A stretch of 64,000 nucleotides of DNA from Minutocellus sp. GHC0000111 (taxonomy: Eukaryota): the NCBI GenBank assembly GCA_977018835.1, contig OZ361256.1, forward strand, positions 4,402,001-4,466,000, in the 5' to 3' direction. This document shows positions 35,121-47,404 of this stretch, in pieces. Made by a program: the position numbers and the translations under genes. The notes under the pieces are model-generated. The model had not been told where the DNA came from, searched no databases, and saw only the letters and a program-made list of their open reading frames with translations. Position 1 is the stretch's first letter. The number at the start of each line of letters is the position of its first letter.

Positions 35121-38100
35121 CTACAGCGGTTCCTCTATCTCGAGGCAGACGTCGTCGTAGCACTCGTAGCCTTCACAACACCTATCATCTCCATCTTCGG
35201 AGCAAGCTGATCCACCCTCGATGCAGCATTTCTTAGGATCACCATCACAAGTAACATTTGTTGGGATGAAATATTCGTCGCACGTGTTGATAGTGCATGT
35301 GTCTCCAATACACGTTTTGTTCTCATCCCGAATGCTGTTGGTGCAAATTTCAGGAGGTCCATCATGATCATATTCCCATATCGTTGACGTAAAGTCGGTA
35401 GTATTGCAAGCATCGCAGAATTCAGTCGAATCGTCACAAGTAATCTCGATATAGGGATCACAAGGTCCGTCGCACCCACCTCCTTCAATGAAAATATCAT
35501 GGCCTGCAGGAAAGTACTCTTCTCCTCTTGCAACATTATCAGCAAACTTGGCGCCAACAAATCGTGCTTCAAAAGAAGGCGTGATGATGCTCGGCTCATT
35601 TGAGGGCACATTGCTCGGCTCTGAGCTTGGTCTCGTTGTTGGGGTCGTACTAGGACGGGATGTGGGAGTAACCGATGGCGCTGCACTCGGTTCGCTCGTC
35701 GGCGGATCCGTTGGTATTTCTAGTCGTCTTCGAAATAAACTAATGCTTTCTAGACTCGTTGCGATCTTTCTATGATCGCGAGGCTTCGCTTCTGCTAGGC
35801 TTCGTCGTCTCTCTTCATCAAATGGCTCCTCGGAGAAATATAATGCTCCCCCGACATCACCAGCAGAGTTGCGACGGAATTCTACACTGTTGAAGGAATA
35901 TTCGCCAGAGAAAATCATGGATATGGCACCACCAACGCCATATGATTCTTTGACTTCATTGTCGGCAAACAGTGAATTGGAGATCATGTGCACTCCCACC
36001 TCCTCTGGCGTTTCATAGATCCCATTAAAATAGTACAGCGCGCCGCCAGAAGTTTGGGCGCAGTTATACTGAAAGTGGGACCCTTCGATTGTACTATTTC
36101 CGTATCCTGCGATGCGCGCACAACCGCCTCTTCCATTCTTTGCGGTGTTGTTGAGACATTGGGAATCACGAATAATGAGCCCCCCATTTCGCGCGTATAT
36201 TGCTCCTCCAATTGGAGCACGACTATCCCGTATTGTCGTATTGATGAGCTCAACACAAGAAGTGAGATTTCTAGTACCAAGAGCAGATATAGCTCCTCCG
36301 CGCTTCTTTGACCCGGAAACCTGGTGGATAGCTTGTCGGTTTTCCTACGTTGAATATAAAGCAGGAAATAATAAAGAATAAGATAAGATAAGGGCAATGT
36401 CTTGTAGGATCCAACAAAAAGTCATTTCAACATACTGAAGCACCACTCTGCAACTCACTGCATCTCCACCCGTTATCGTCAAGTCCTCAAAGATTGCATA
36501 AAAGTCGGATCCAGCGCCGCCATTGTCCTGCGTCACGAAGCCGTTGCCATTGAGATCGATCTCGCAGGGTGGATAAAGACATGACAAACGAAAGTATGTG
36601 CTAGTCATATCCAGATCCTCAGTGCAGACTATATCGTTGCATAGCTCAATTTCAGCTCGGTTGTTTGGATCTGTTGCATTCATAATCCTTTCTTTGAGCT
36701 CTGTGCAGTTTCCAACACCAGTGCCATCGTCACATGTCGATGGCATTTGGCTTGGCTGTAGAGATGGCAGCGAACTTGGATATACGCTTGGTGAAGAACT
36801 GGGCATTGAGCTTGGCAATAAAGATGGTGTTTTGGAAGGCAACAAGCTTGGACCTTGCGAGGGTTGCCTATGCGCAACAGAATTGCGAGACGACCAAGAG
36901 AAGAAAATAGTATCCGACAGAGATATCAAATGTTGAGGAGGCACAAGGAAGGAGGCGACGAGCATTTAGCCAAAGATAAAATAAGAAAACGGGTCATTTT
37001 CAACACCGAACTCAAACCAATCTATTCTCACCTTGAAGGAACAATTGAGGGGTAAGTACTTGGCCTAGATGACGGCATTTCCGATAATACTGTGGGCTCG
37101 GCGGAAGGTGGAAGGCTCTGCAAAGCTGACGGGCTGCTACTTTGACGTGCAGTTGGAAGAGAAGAAGGAAAAGAACTTGGCAACGATTCTGGCGACGCCG
37201 ACGGCGATGAGCTTGGTTGTTTTGTTGGCGATGGTGTGGGTGATCCGGAGGGATTGGAACTTGGCTTTATTGTAGGTTACTGTTCCATCGTCGACTGCAA
37301 GATACTCTGTGCATTGTTGCTGTTGCTTAGAGTCTCGGGGCAGATGTCGAAAATATCAATCAAAACCTCAATTCTAAAGGTCCCTTCTCTTGGCGCCTGA
37401 TTTACTGGGACAATCCATTCCTGGGAGGAACAAATCGCTACTGGAAGTGGGTCGCAAATACCTTCAGCACATTCGTATCGATAGGCGATTGGAGGACCGG
37501 GGTCGATATCGCAGCAAAGATTCTCCTCAATGCTGCTTATGGTCCCCGGTAGCCCATTTTTGTTCAAATAACACTGGGTAACGTCCTCTCCGAAAATCGT
37601 GCCAGCATTGCAGCTTGTCTCGGAACCTACGTCACATTTGCATCCAGCCGTACGGCAGCAACGAAAGCTAGATACACATTCGTCTGAAAGGGGTCCACAT
37701 GGAATATCCTCTTCGAAAGAAATCTCTTCATCGTCTACAATTTGACGGAATGAAATGGGATCTTGCGACACAATCGATTCTGTGATGGTATTCTGAGCGC
37801 ACTCCAGTCGACTTGGTAGTGGAACTGTCGTCTGGAGACCTCTCGCACCAACGGCAAAAGTCGATGGCGATTCGATCTCACTTTTCTCAGAAAGAAAGTG
37901 AAAGCCGTGCTTGGTGTCAAAAGATGCCCGTAGGAATCGTCGCTTTTTCTTTCGCCGACATTTCTTTTTCCGAGTTCGGCACCGACCTGATGTGCGCTTC
38001 TTCACTCGTGTCTTTCGTCGTCTTTGAAGACCACGATGGCTTTCGCTGGTATCAGTACCAAGGACCCTCCGAGCAGGAAATGGGATTCCCAAACTCTCAT

Positions 38101-39019
38101 AAAACGGCCTGCAGTCTTCGCCAACAATAACTTCAATGATGGTGGAAGTCTCGAATATAATCTGCTCGCATTCATCTCCTTGATTTTCCACAATGTTCTC
38201 ACAGGCCGACTCCGTGTTGAGATACTCCAATAGGCCCGCCTCCATCAAATCACGCTCATTTTGTGGTTGCTCCGGCTGACCCAACGCGTTGACGGGACAG
38301 TACAAGTCCAGTTCCACCTCGAATTCTGCGAAGTACTCGACCTCTCTTCCACAATTATCCCGTGCAATGGGACCCCCTCCTCCACCATTGTTTCGTCGGG
38401 CTTTTAGATGGGGAGTAGGGCACCAATCTCGAAGTAACATCTTGCGGTAGTCAAAGCGAGAACGGCCCCTCCTTCTCCTGTTTGAATGGACAAAGACGTT
38501 CTGGATCGGCTTTTTTACCAGCAATCGATTGTCACAATGCTGTTCGAATTTGCGGGCTATGCGTTGCCGCCGACCTGGATTACGAGGTTTTAAGCACCCC
38601 TTGAACTTTGCCTTGCACTTTCGACGCTTCTTTTGTGGGCTGCATTTCCCTTTCTTGACCAGCTTCTTGGTCGAATCTCTGCATTTGTTGCAAAGCTGGA
38701 AGGCTAGACGGGAGCAATATTGCATGCGGTTGAAGTTTGGTCGAGGTCTAAGTCCAAATTGAAGGTCGCGACTTATATGTTCATCAGTACTAGGATTGAC
38801 ATCGTTGTGTACAGTTGCTGCCGCTGCTGGCTCTGCTTGGGCAAAGAAGATGGTGGAGGATGGTGGTCCCATAAATGGAGAGGTCGTGCGAAAGAGCAGG
38901 AGGCAAAGTAGATACGCGAAGAATGGCACATGATATGACTTTGCAGCACGCCGGCGACAACCTCTTGTCGTTTTGTGCCAGTTATGAGATGTTTGAGAGT
39001 AGGGTTGCCTGGATGTCAT
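35121..39019 (-). CDS. Large secreted/surface protein with RXL motifs, K/R-rich and Cys-rich modules, PS-rich repeats and POMP-like (GGA(I/L), FxxNxA) repeats
   Basis: Hydrophobic FFAYLLCLLLF, RDLQ/RGLQ/RRRL motifs, PSxxPS repeats, and GGAISA, GGAIYA, GGALY, FRRNSA. Probable introns near 36870-37030 and 36345-36459. In-frame TAA at 37277-37279. Start and exon limits are approximate, and it could be two genes. Confidence 0.6.
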
Positions 39020-39452
39020 CTTCACTGTATCCTGCTCATCGATCGGATTTGTAGTCGTAATGCCAATGTCTTCTCTGCTTCTTCCACTGTTCCTCGGGGT
39101 TGTTGGCGGGAGCGATGCCGATGGGCTAAATCGATCGGCTCGAAAAGACGATGCAACATCGACACGACAAGAGCAACTTTCCGGGCGCAGACGGACCAGC
39201 CGTCGACAGCGGCTATCCTGGCGTGAGGACACCGTCATGGTTGCAACTAATTTACTCTGTAGCCGCCCCTCTTCTCTGCCGGCGACTGAGATGCTCGAAG
39301 AGCTCATGAACGATCTCGATCACGTGTCCCAAATAAATGAGTCGAACGTCGAACTCCTCAAAAACCACAACTAACGGATGCGTCTGTCCTTCAGTCCGTC
39401 GTCATCTCACTTTCACTTTTTCGAGGAGCGGCGCCATCGACAGCAAGGCGAA

Positions 39453-40637
39453 ATGGGTGGTGACGAGGAAGAGCAGTGGACCTATGTTGCCGGCAAAGGC
39501 GGCAAGAACAACCGCAAGAATGATAGGCAATCGGCCGGGCGGCGAAGAACAAGAAATTTTCGCAACAACGCGACGCCAGCCTCCGGCTCATCTCGTGCTG
39601 CATCGTCTTCATTCTACGCCTCGTCGAGTGTTGAAAAGGATGGGGATGGTCAAGACGACAGCAATGCACTTGAGATGACCGAAGAGCAGATGCGGCATAT
39701 CCAAAATGAAATATCTCGATATATCACGCGGGCAATGGAGGAGCTTGGACGACATCCCTACGTCACCCATCTGCTCCAAGCATTGACGGCATCTGGTGGC
39801 GCTGAAGAGGATGACGAGGACGACGATACAGGCAAAACTAATTTGGACTTTGGTGAAATCGTTTGTTATGGCATTGGCAATTTTTTGCCGCCGCTATCGG
39901 GGTCCGATGGAGGGTCATACTCTCTTCCACGGTATCCATCAGCACCGATGCTGCAGCTAGCATTGGCTTTGGTCATTCGAAAGCATTTGGCAACTCACCA
40001 TTCTAGCAGCAGCAATGGATTGAAAGAACAAAATGATTCGGACGATAGTGGCAAAAGCAGCAATATGCATTCTAAACATCAGAGGCCGGTGAAAATGCTC
40101 TTCTTCGAACCGCTCATGACCGATTTGGAACGGACAATACTGAAAGATGTGCTGTTTGTGGATATCATTGAAACGAATGAGCGTGGCAAGCGACAAGCAG
40201 CAAGCAATGGCAAGCGCACCCTCTTTTATATGCCTCACTGTCCCATGCGGTTGTATTGCAACGTTCTTTGGGCGAACTGGGGCGAGCTGTTGTGGAGCGG
40301 CAACGTTGTCGTCTATGGCAATAACTTTCATGGATACGACGACCGAATTCTCAGCAACGAGGGGAGGACGGACCCGGCCAATGCCGTCCTAAAGATCATA
40401 CCGCATCTAGTTGCGAATCAAATCGACGGCTTGACGAGCAAGGCCGGTGGTGGTGTCGAGAGTGATTTGCTAGTCAAGATGGAGAACGCTTTCAATGATT
40501 GCGTCGTTATGACTTTTGATGCCAAGGATGAGAGCGAGGGAGGGGTGCAAGGAGGTGGAGAAGGAAATAATTGCTGCTTCCCTGACCGCCCAAAGGAACA
40601 TGTTTTCGATGAAGGAGGAGATGGGGAAGTAATTTAG
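39453..40637 (+). CDS. SRR1: SRR1-domain protein
   Basis: IVCYGIGNF, LQLAL, FEPL, NERGKR, TLFYMPHC, LYCNVLWANW, GNNF. Confidence 0.85.
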   Translation: MGGDEEEQWTYVAGKGGKNNRKNDRQSAGRRRTRNFRNNATPASGSSRAASSSFYASSSVEKDGDGQDDSNALEMTEEQMRHIQNEISRYITRAMEELGRHPYVTHLLQALTASGGAEEDDEDDDTGKTNLDFGEIVCYGIGNFLPPLSGSDGGSYSLPRYPSAPMLQLALALVIRKHLATHHSSSSNGLKEQNDSDDSGKSSNMHSKHQRPVKMLFFEPLMTDLERTILKDVLFVDIIETNERGKRQAASNGKRTLFYMPHCPMRLYCNVLWANWGELLWSGNVVVYGNNFHGYDDRILSNEGRTDPANAVLKIIPHLVANQIDGLTSKAGGGVESDLLVKMENAFNDCVVMTFDAKDESEGGVQGGGEGNNCCFPDRPKEHVFDEGGDGEVI

Positions 40638-41167
40638 ATCCATAGCTTTGTCTCTGGTGTAGAGGTATAAAGTATTTCGGCGTCTATAAGAACCTTCAGG
40701 AGGCGCTAGCTACGTAGTAAAGTGTGGCCAAACGTTCAGATGATCGTCCTCGAACTCTCTATGATAGGAAAGATTTTTTGGGAGCTCCTTCCGAGGACAG
40801 ACCCGTTTTAGTGGATCACCGAACCATGCCTCACAAATCCGCCTTCGAATTTTAGTGCATCATGTCCAGCGACGACCGGCCGACGCATCTTTGATGTGCC
40901 TGACTCGCCTCGTTGCGTTGCTCACCACAATCTTTCTCGTGAGCCAAGGTCGGTTATTGTCACCATCTGCTGGTACTGATCGACAGATCGTCGCCCCATT
41001 TCGGTACATACTACCTCTGATCTTGATACGCAGCATCATAGCGTCGTATCTTTTTGTCCGGTCAAGAAAGGGGCACAAAGAGCAGACGTCAAGCTTGGCG
41101 CCAACAGACATCTGCCGAGGTGAAGTCATCCCTGTCAATCCAACACATACCGTGCCTGCTGCAAATC

Positions 41168-44100
41168 ATGGTCTCCGTGATTCGTTTGGTTGTTGGGCCA
41201 AATAGCGGCAGTAGGAATGGGCGTGCCCAAGTAAAAGAAAAGCCGGTCGTCGGAAGAAGAGCAACTCGGAGCCAATCAAGCAAGCAGATGCGTACTGCCG
41301 CCGCGTCGGGCAAGGAAAAGTCGAGAGCTGATACTGGTGATGACGCCAGCGACGTCGAGAAGAAGCCCGAGGCTGTTCACATTACCCGATCGGTTACCGC
41401 CAAGGCGAAGAAACCAGAATCTGCTCATGTTACTCGGTCGGTCACCGCCAAGGCCAAGTCCAGGAACGTTGTTGGTTCGAAGATGAAATTGGACCCTCCC
41501 CACCAAAAGAAGAAGAGCGGTCCCGGCAAGTCAATACCAACGGAATCGAACAGCGACATAGGGGATATCGCTGCTGGTCAGAGCTCGACGGCAGGTTCTG
41601 GCGGTAGCAAACTGATGGGAAGTGTGAAGAGACGAGTTGCTCGAAAGAGTCACAAGCATGGCATCAAAGTGGGTCGGCCAGGTTGCAATTTGCCTCTCTG
41701 CGGGGCCAAGGTTCTCGGCAACAGTACGCATAGACCTTCCGCCAAGGGCGCGAAAGATTCGCCGCAGTCGCTAGCGCTAGACGCTGCTGCAGTGGCAAAA
41801 GCGGCGGCGGCTGCGGCACCCAATATCTCCGAATCGTCGGCTTCATCCACGGCCAATCTCTCACCGAGCTTGACGAACGTGCTCAAGATCCTTCGCACCG
41901 ACAGCGACGAGACGAACACCAGCAATCTGTTCGGAGAAGATGATCAGAACGATGTTGGTACTAAGTCAGAAGATATATCGAAGACGATGAATGACTGCGC
42001 GAACGAGCCCTCCCAAGCAATAACGGGGGCATCTTCTTCCGTCGCCTTTGTTACGCCCTCTCCGTATGTAAATCCAAGCGAAGAGGATATTTTCGTCCGG
42101 CCTGGCCGTTCCAGTCCAGAATCCGAGTCAGATGGCCAAAATAAGGCTGCATCAAGTGATCAGGAGAAGCATCCTGCGAGTGATTGCGACGGTAAAGATC
42201 GGTCGAAGGCACCTGCCAAGTCTACCAAGAAGTCGCCTGCAGAGCAGGAGTTGGATGTCGCCACCGGTCGAGTAATGGCGGCGCAAAAGGTGGGATGGCT
42301 GCTACCACCGGTCGACATGGCGGCTGCTGCGGCCAATCGTCAGTCCGAGGATTCCCCTTTTTCAGAAAATGGAACGTCCAAGGTATCAACGAGCGCGATT
42401 CAGAGAAAGTCGGTACCATCAGCTAATTCCACACCACTTTCTCCGATTTTTTCTGCATCTTCCCGTAATGATGTTAGCGAGGAGGACAAGTATGCCAACC
42501 TTTGCAACGCCAATGCACCACCCACTACCAAAGTCCAGTCTACTAGTGATGCTGCAGCGATGTCGGCGGACATGGACTCGAGCGATGATGATTACGATGA
42601 AGTAGTCCTCGGCCAGACGGTGCATCGTATTCAGCCCGCTTCTGCAGCAGCAACAGCACGTGCGAATGTTGCGGCTAGTATGAACATGTTGGACGAGCTT
42701 GCTCGGGAGAATGGTGGCAGCAGTGATCCCAGCAAGACTATCCCAGTCCAAGACAATGCCGATAACGGTAGCAACAGTAGTGAAGATCGTCAATCCAAGG
42801 CCGAGATTTCCATGGAGCGGACCGCCCCGGTCGAAGAAAGTGCCATGTCCGCGCCTCCGACCGAACCTCCAAGAATTCAACGTCAGCCGAGGCCTCCTTG
42901 CTTCACTGTCCAGTTGGAGAAGCCCATAGGCCTTTCCTTGATGCAGAAGAGGAGTGGGTTGTACACTCGCGTCAAGGCATTGCAACCCAATGGCCCACAA
43001 ATCGGGTATGATTCGGGTCCGTGATGTCCTGGCCGCTGTCAGCGGAGAAGACGTCAGAACCAAATCTCTCAACGATGTGCTGTATGAAATCAACAAGGCT
43101 GGCTCGTCGGTAACTCTGATCTTTTTGAGTAAGGAGGCGTTAAAGGGACGCGTCGCCAAGACTGGTGATACGGACTCCTCGGTGAAATCAAATGTTGGCA
43201 CCGCCTCTGATGATTCCCAGAGCACGTCAAATGTCAAGAAGGCTCCTTCCAAATCTGCTGCGCCAAAAGATGACAATCTGGGTCACAAGAAAGTTGAGAA
43301 GGGCGCTCCACCTGTCAATGATACTAAGAATCGAGTGGAAGAGAACCAAGCAAAATTGGATATGGCCAAGCGAATTGCCAAAAAGCGAGTAGAGGAAGAG
43401 AATCGGCGAAAAGCTGCGACTTCGAATGCAACGAATAACGCCGAAGGAAACTCCTGCAAGAAAAGGACATCAACATGGTCTGACAAAGATACCGATACCA
43501 CAGATTCATCTAGCGCTGGCACCAAGAAGTCAACGAGCGATACTGATCCGAGCAAAAGGGCTACTTCGAATGGTAATACAAAAGAGGCAAAGGCCGATAG
43601 CAAGTCATCTCCACCAAGACCGCCACCAGCAGCTAAAGCATCGCCGATTTCCGCCGACAATGACGCCAGTACTGACGTTCCCGTCATTACGAAGGACTGT
43701 GTTTTACAAAGGCCCGACGGCAGCTGGTCTGCCTATGTCCTTCGCGCGGATCAAACGTATGGTCTTGGGCCATTTGTTAAGAAAGAAATTGCAAGTGTTG
43801 CGCTCGGTTCTTTTCAGTTCTACATTCAGATCGAATCTAGGTCTACGCACGGGGTATTCTCGGTGGAAATGTTAGACCGAGCCCGGAAGTTGACAATGCA
43901 TGTAATGTCGCTGGCTGATAATGACAATGCAGGGCGTATAAATTGGTCCGAGTGGCATCGGCTGATGCATTGGAACGCAAAGTACCGACAGCTTTGCATT
44001 CGCAAGTCGGGAGATGATGCAGCCGCTATGGGCGATAATGAAGACGCCTTGTTCCAGTGGGCCGAGTGCCAACGAAAGCTGTTTCGGAACGAGGACCCCT

Positions 44101-45482
44101 CGCTTACCACTCAAATGAAAATCCTTCTGAACGATATCGATTTTGACTGGGCCGGTGGCCAAGATGACATTGAAGATACTCGGGCTGCAGAGGAAATAGC
44201 TTCAGAGGAAGAGGGAAAGTGTTCCAAAAGGTCTTCCGACAACAACCCCGAAGCAATCGAGGCTGGCGCTGCTGCTTTGTCTCACGCTCCATCTCCTCCC
44301 CCGGAACATCCCTCCCTAACTCAACCTTCGTCGCGTGGCAAGCAGGATTCCGGAAACAACGCCAAATCACCGTCTGAAGAAGAAGGGTGGCGCTGCCCGA
44401 ATTGCCAGCATGCAAACCGAAAAGTATTGAAAGGATGCGGTTCATGCCATAAACTTCGGCCTGGATATGAAAGGCCCAAGCGCAAAGGTCAAGTTCCTGT
44501 AAAATGCCGATGGAGTCTTCGAAAGCCCCATCCATCGAACAAAGATGATGAACCCACGGCCAATTCCAGTATCCAAAAATTTGACAACCGTACTCGTAAG
44601 TCGTTGAGAAGCCGCCCCGCCAGGAAAAACACTTCATCTGGCATTGTAAGGACCAAAGTCACGGTATCTACATCAAACAAGTCTGCCACAAATGGTAGGA
44701 AGCGTCCTCGAGGCCGACCTCCAAAGCAATTATGTTCAATTAATGGGTGCCGTGAAAGAATGGGGATAAAATGCAATGGAATGTGCCTTGCCCATTTTCG
44801 GGAATCAAGTACCGATGCAGGTGAAAACATTGATGATTCTGCGACAAATCAAGAGGAACGGCCGGGTGGCGGTGATGTTGAGGCCGATGCGAACGGAGGC
44901 GACGACGAATTTGAATTTGTTGCAGATGACCCCGATGCAGAGACGGTCAGGGAACGGTCGCATAATGCGCTAGATATCCCTGCCATAACTCACCGCAGTC
45001 GCTCGGCGAGAACTCGTAAACGGGCCTCAAATGGCGACGTTGAAACGGACAGGAACGCCCCTTCTAAGAGACCGCGGCGAAATTTAGACAACTCTGGGAC
45101 GTTGACGGAAAGAAAGAGCAAGGGCAAGAAGAAACCTCAATGAGATTCCGAAGAAGACGAAGAGGATATTGACGGCGTGAAGAGACAACGCAGTATCGCG
45201 CAAGTAAAGGCAAGAATGTACAGGATCCAAGCAAAAGGTTATATGGCAGAAATGGAGGTCCAAGAAGAGGTTCACAAACAGAAGCAAAGAGCAGACCGCC
45301 GCCGTCTAGAGAAGACAAAGGAGGAGTCTTCAGAAAAGGATTCTGAGTTGGATGACAAAGATCGCTTGCTTGAGATTATCAAAAGTTTGTTGCCCGGTGA
45401 GGAGGATGTCAGGGCCGAAAAAAGAGGCAACATCCGCAGCATCCGTGAGTTGCTTGATGATGCAGATGTTCGCGATTCATAA
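41168..45482 (+). CDS. Multidomain putative nuclear regulator: PDZ, AP2-like, helicase-associated (HA), RanBP2 Zn finger, AT-hook, coiled coil; interrupted
   Basis: EKPIGLSL...IRVRDVLAAVSG (PDZ); QRPDGSWSAY...LGPF...A (AP2-like); W...LFQWAECQRK...LLNDIDFDW (HA); WRCPNCQHAN...CGSC; RPRGRPPK. Frameshift near 42994. The TGA at 45141-45143 is in frame with ORF 45177..45482. Confidence 0.65.
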
Positions 45483-45610
45483 TTTACTAGTATTTATATG
45501 CATAACATAACTTAACATATATCGAACTTGAATCACTGCCTCTACCAGTATCTCGTAGCTACGTACTTTGTACTTCATTTCAGTATACCATGACAAGGCG
45601 TTAAATATGC

Positions 45611-47107
45611 CTACTCCACGTCGTCAAGCATACGGGAGGCGCAGCCAATTGCTCCCTTGATGCATTCTAAATCACTCGCATTCGGTACAGACTCCTTCAA
45701 CACCCCTTCCAGCGTGAGCGAAACACAGCCTAGATTGCCCTTGATATTCTTCAGCTTTTTATTCTTTGTTGCGAGTGCCTTCCGCAAATCTTCGATCTCC
45801 TTATCTTGCCTCTCCTTTTCCTCTTGAAGAGCGCTCAGCTGAGCGATGGCTTGCTTGGCCTGCTCCTCAAAGGTCTTGGCAATTTCCTTCTGCTTCTCGA
45901 GTTCCACTTCTATATCCGTTTGGTCTTGATGGGCCCGTTGATAATGTTGATCCTGGCGAGCGGGAGAGGGAGGCTGTGGTGCAGAACGGGCGGTCGGAAG
46001 CTTGTACGGGCGGCGCTTTTGGTGCATTGATTGGGAAGAGGAGGGTGATCGTTTCTTCTTGCGACTACTACCGTCAGCACTACCGGCGGTCCCGTTTGTT
46101 CTCGGCAAAACATCATCCACTGATGTGCTCTTGCGCTTGCTGCTAGCAACAAGCTTTTCGGCAGCTCTCTCGGTGTCAGTAGAATAATCATACACCGCAT
46201 CATCATCGCTTATCTCGTTCGATGCTTGAGTTCCCTGAGATAATTGCTGGTTGTTGTTATTAGAACCAGCCGCATTTGGCACAGCGCCTTCTGCTATCGC
46301 GGGGGGCTTACGATCATCTTCGTCAGCAGCTGCAGGATTCCTATCAGCTGAAGTATCTCCGTCTCTACCCTCGTTGTCGAAGGCATTGGGCTGGTTGACT
46401 CCACCGCTCGCTCCGTGCTGATTCTGTGGATTGAAATGGGCCACCATCGTGTTGCCGGATGAAGAGGACGGTGCGTTATCAGCAGCAGCGCCCGCGACCA
46501 ACCTATTCGCAGCAATGGCATGGCTTGCAGCCACGGCGGCAGTTTCCTCCAACTGCCGTCGATACATTGTCCTCGCCACGGAATCTCCGACAGCTCCAAT
46601 GCCAGCATCGGGAGAGCGGACAGTTCTGGACGGTGCGTTATGGAGGAAAGATTCGATTCTTCCATTGAAGACAATGTCAACGATAAACTGCACAATGGCC
46701 TCATTAGACACATACTGGTGGTCCAAAGCTGCCTTGTCAACACTCAATTTGAGCTCCTGATGCAGCCCATGCACATATTCGAGCGTCTGGAGATGTCCTC
46801 CATGAGCGGCATGCATAAAGAGACTCCAGCCGCACTTATCGCGTCTCTTGAGAGGTTGTGGCAGCTGTTCGTGATAGTACAGCCCACACTTGTCCATATG
46901 CTTTGTCATAATAATCTTGAGGCAGTCCAAATGGACGTCGGTGCCGCCCCTCGCTGCCTCCATGTAGGTCGTCCGTCCATCGGTGGGGTTGGTACCGGCG
47001 AGATGGTCCGTCGAAGACGAGCTACCGCTGGCGGTGTTGACCAGAGTGCGAATCTTCTCCAGATCGGGGACTGGTTGGGATACTTCTGAATACAAGTCGC
47101 GCCACAT
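45611..47107 (-). CDS. Ankyrin-repeat protein with low-complexity middle and C-terminal coiled coil
   Basis: DGRTTYMEAARGG...HLDCLKII and DKCGWSLFMHAAHGGHLQTLEYV; heptad-rich C-terminus. Confidence 0.7.
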   Translation of the reverse strand: MWRDLYSEVSQPVPDLEKIRTLVNTASGSSSSTDHLAGTNPTDGRTTYMEAARGGTDVHLDCLKIIMTKHMDKCGLYYHEQLPQPLKRRDKCGWSLFMHAAHGGHLQTLEYVHGLHQELKLSVDKAALDHQYVSNEAIVQFIVDIVFNGRIESFLHNAPSRTVRSPDAGIGAVGDSVARTMYRRQLEETAAVAASHAIAANRLVAGAAADNAPSSSSGNTMVAHFNPQNQHGASGGVNQPNAFDNEGRDGDTSADRNPAAADEDDRKPPAIAEGAVPNAAGSNNNNQQLSQGTQASNEISDDDAVYDYSTDTERAAEKLVASSKRKSTSVDDVLPRTNGTAGSADGSSRKKKRSPSSSQSMHQKRRPYKLPTARSAPQPPSPARQDQHYQRAHQDQTDIEVELEKQKEIAKTFEEQAKQAIAQLSALQEEKERQDKEIEDLRKALATKNKKLKNIKGNLGCVSLTLEGVLKESVPNASDLECIKGAIGCASRMLDDVE

Positions 47108-47404
47108 GTTTCAATATATTGTAAACTGCAGCGTGCACGCCTCAGAAGTCGGTCGCGCGCCAGCCCAGCCAGCGTCGGCGAGGCCGGCTCGCTTCCCGCA
47201 ACCGCCAGCCAGCAAGCAAAAGGAGCCAAGCGCCGAAGTTCTCAGCCCGGGGCGCCAAGTGCAAGTCACTTCCTGCCCTCAGCCGTTTAGTTGCAGCCAG
47301 ATTCGTTTGCTGCTGTGTGCAATTCGATACTTTTTCCATTTCATGTATCCGCCTTATCTTTATAATCATTTTGATACATGTAAGAGAAGAAGGAAGCACA
47401 TACC

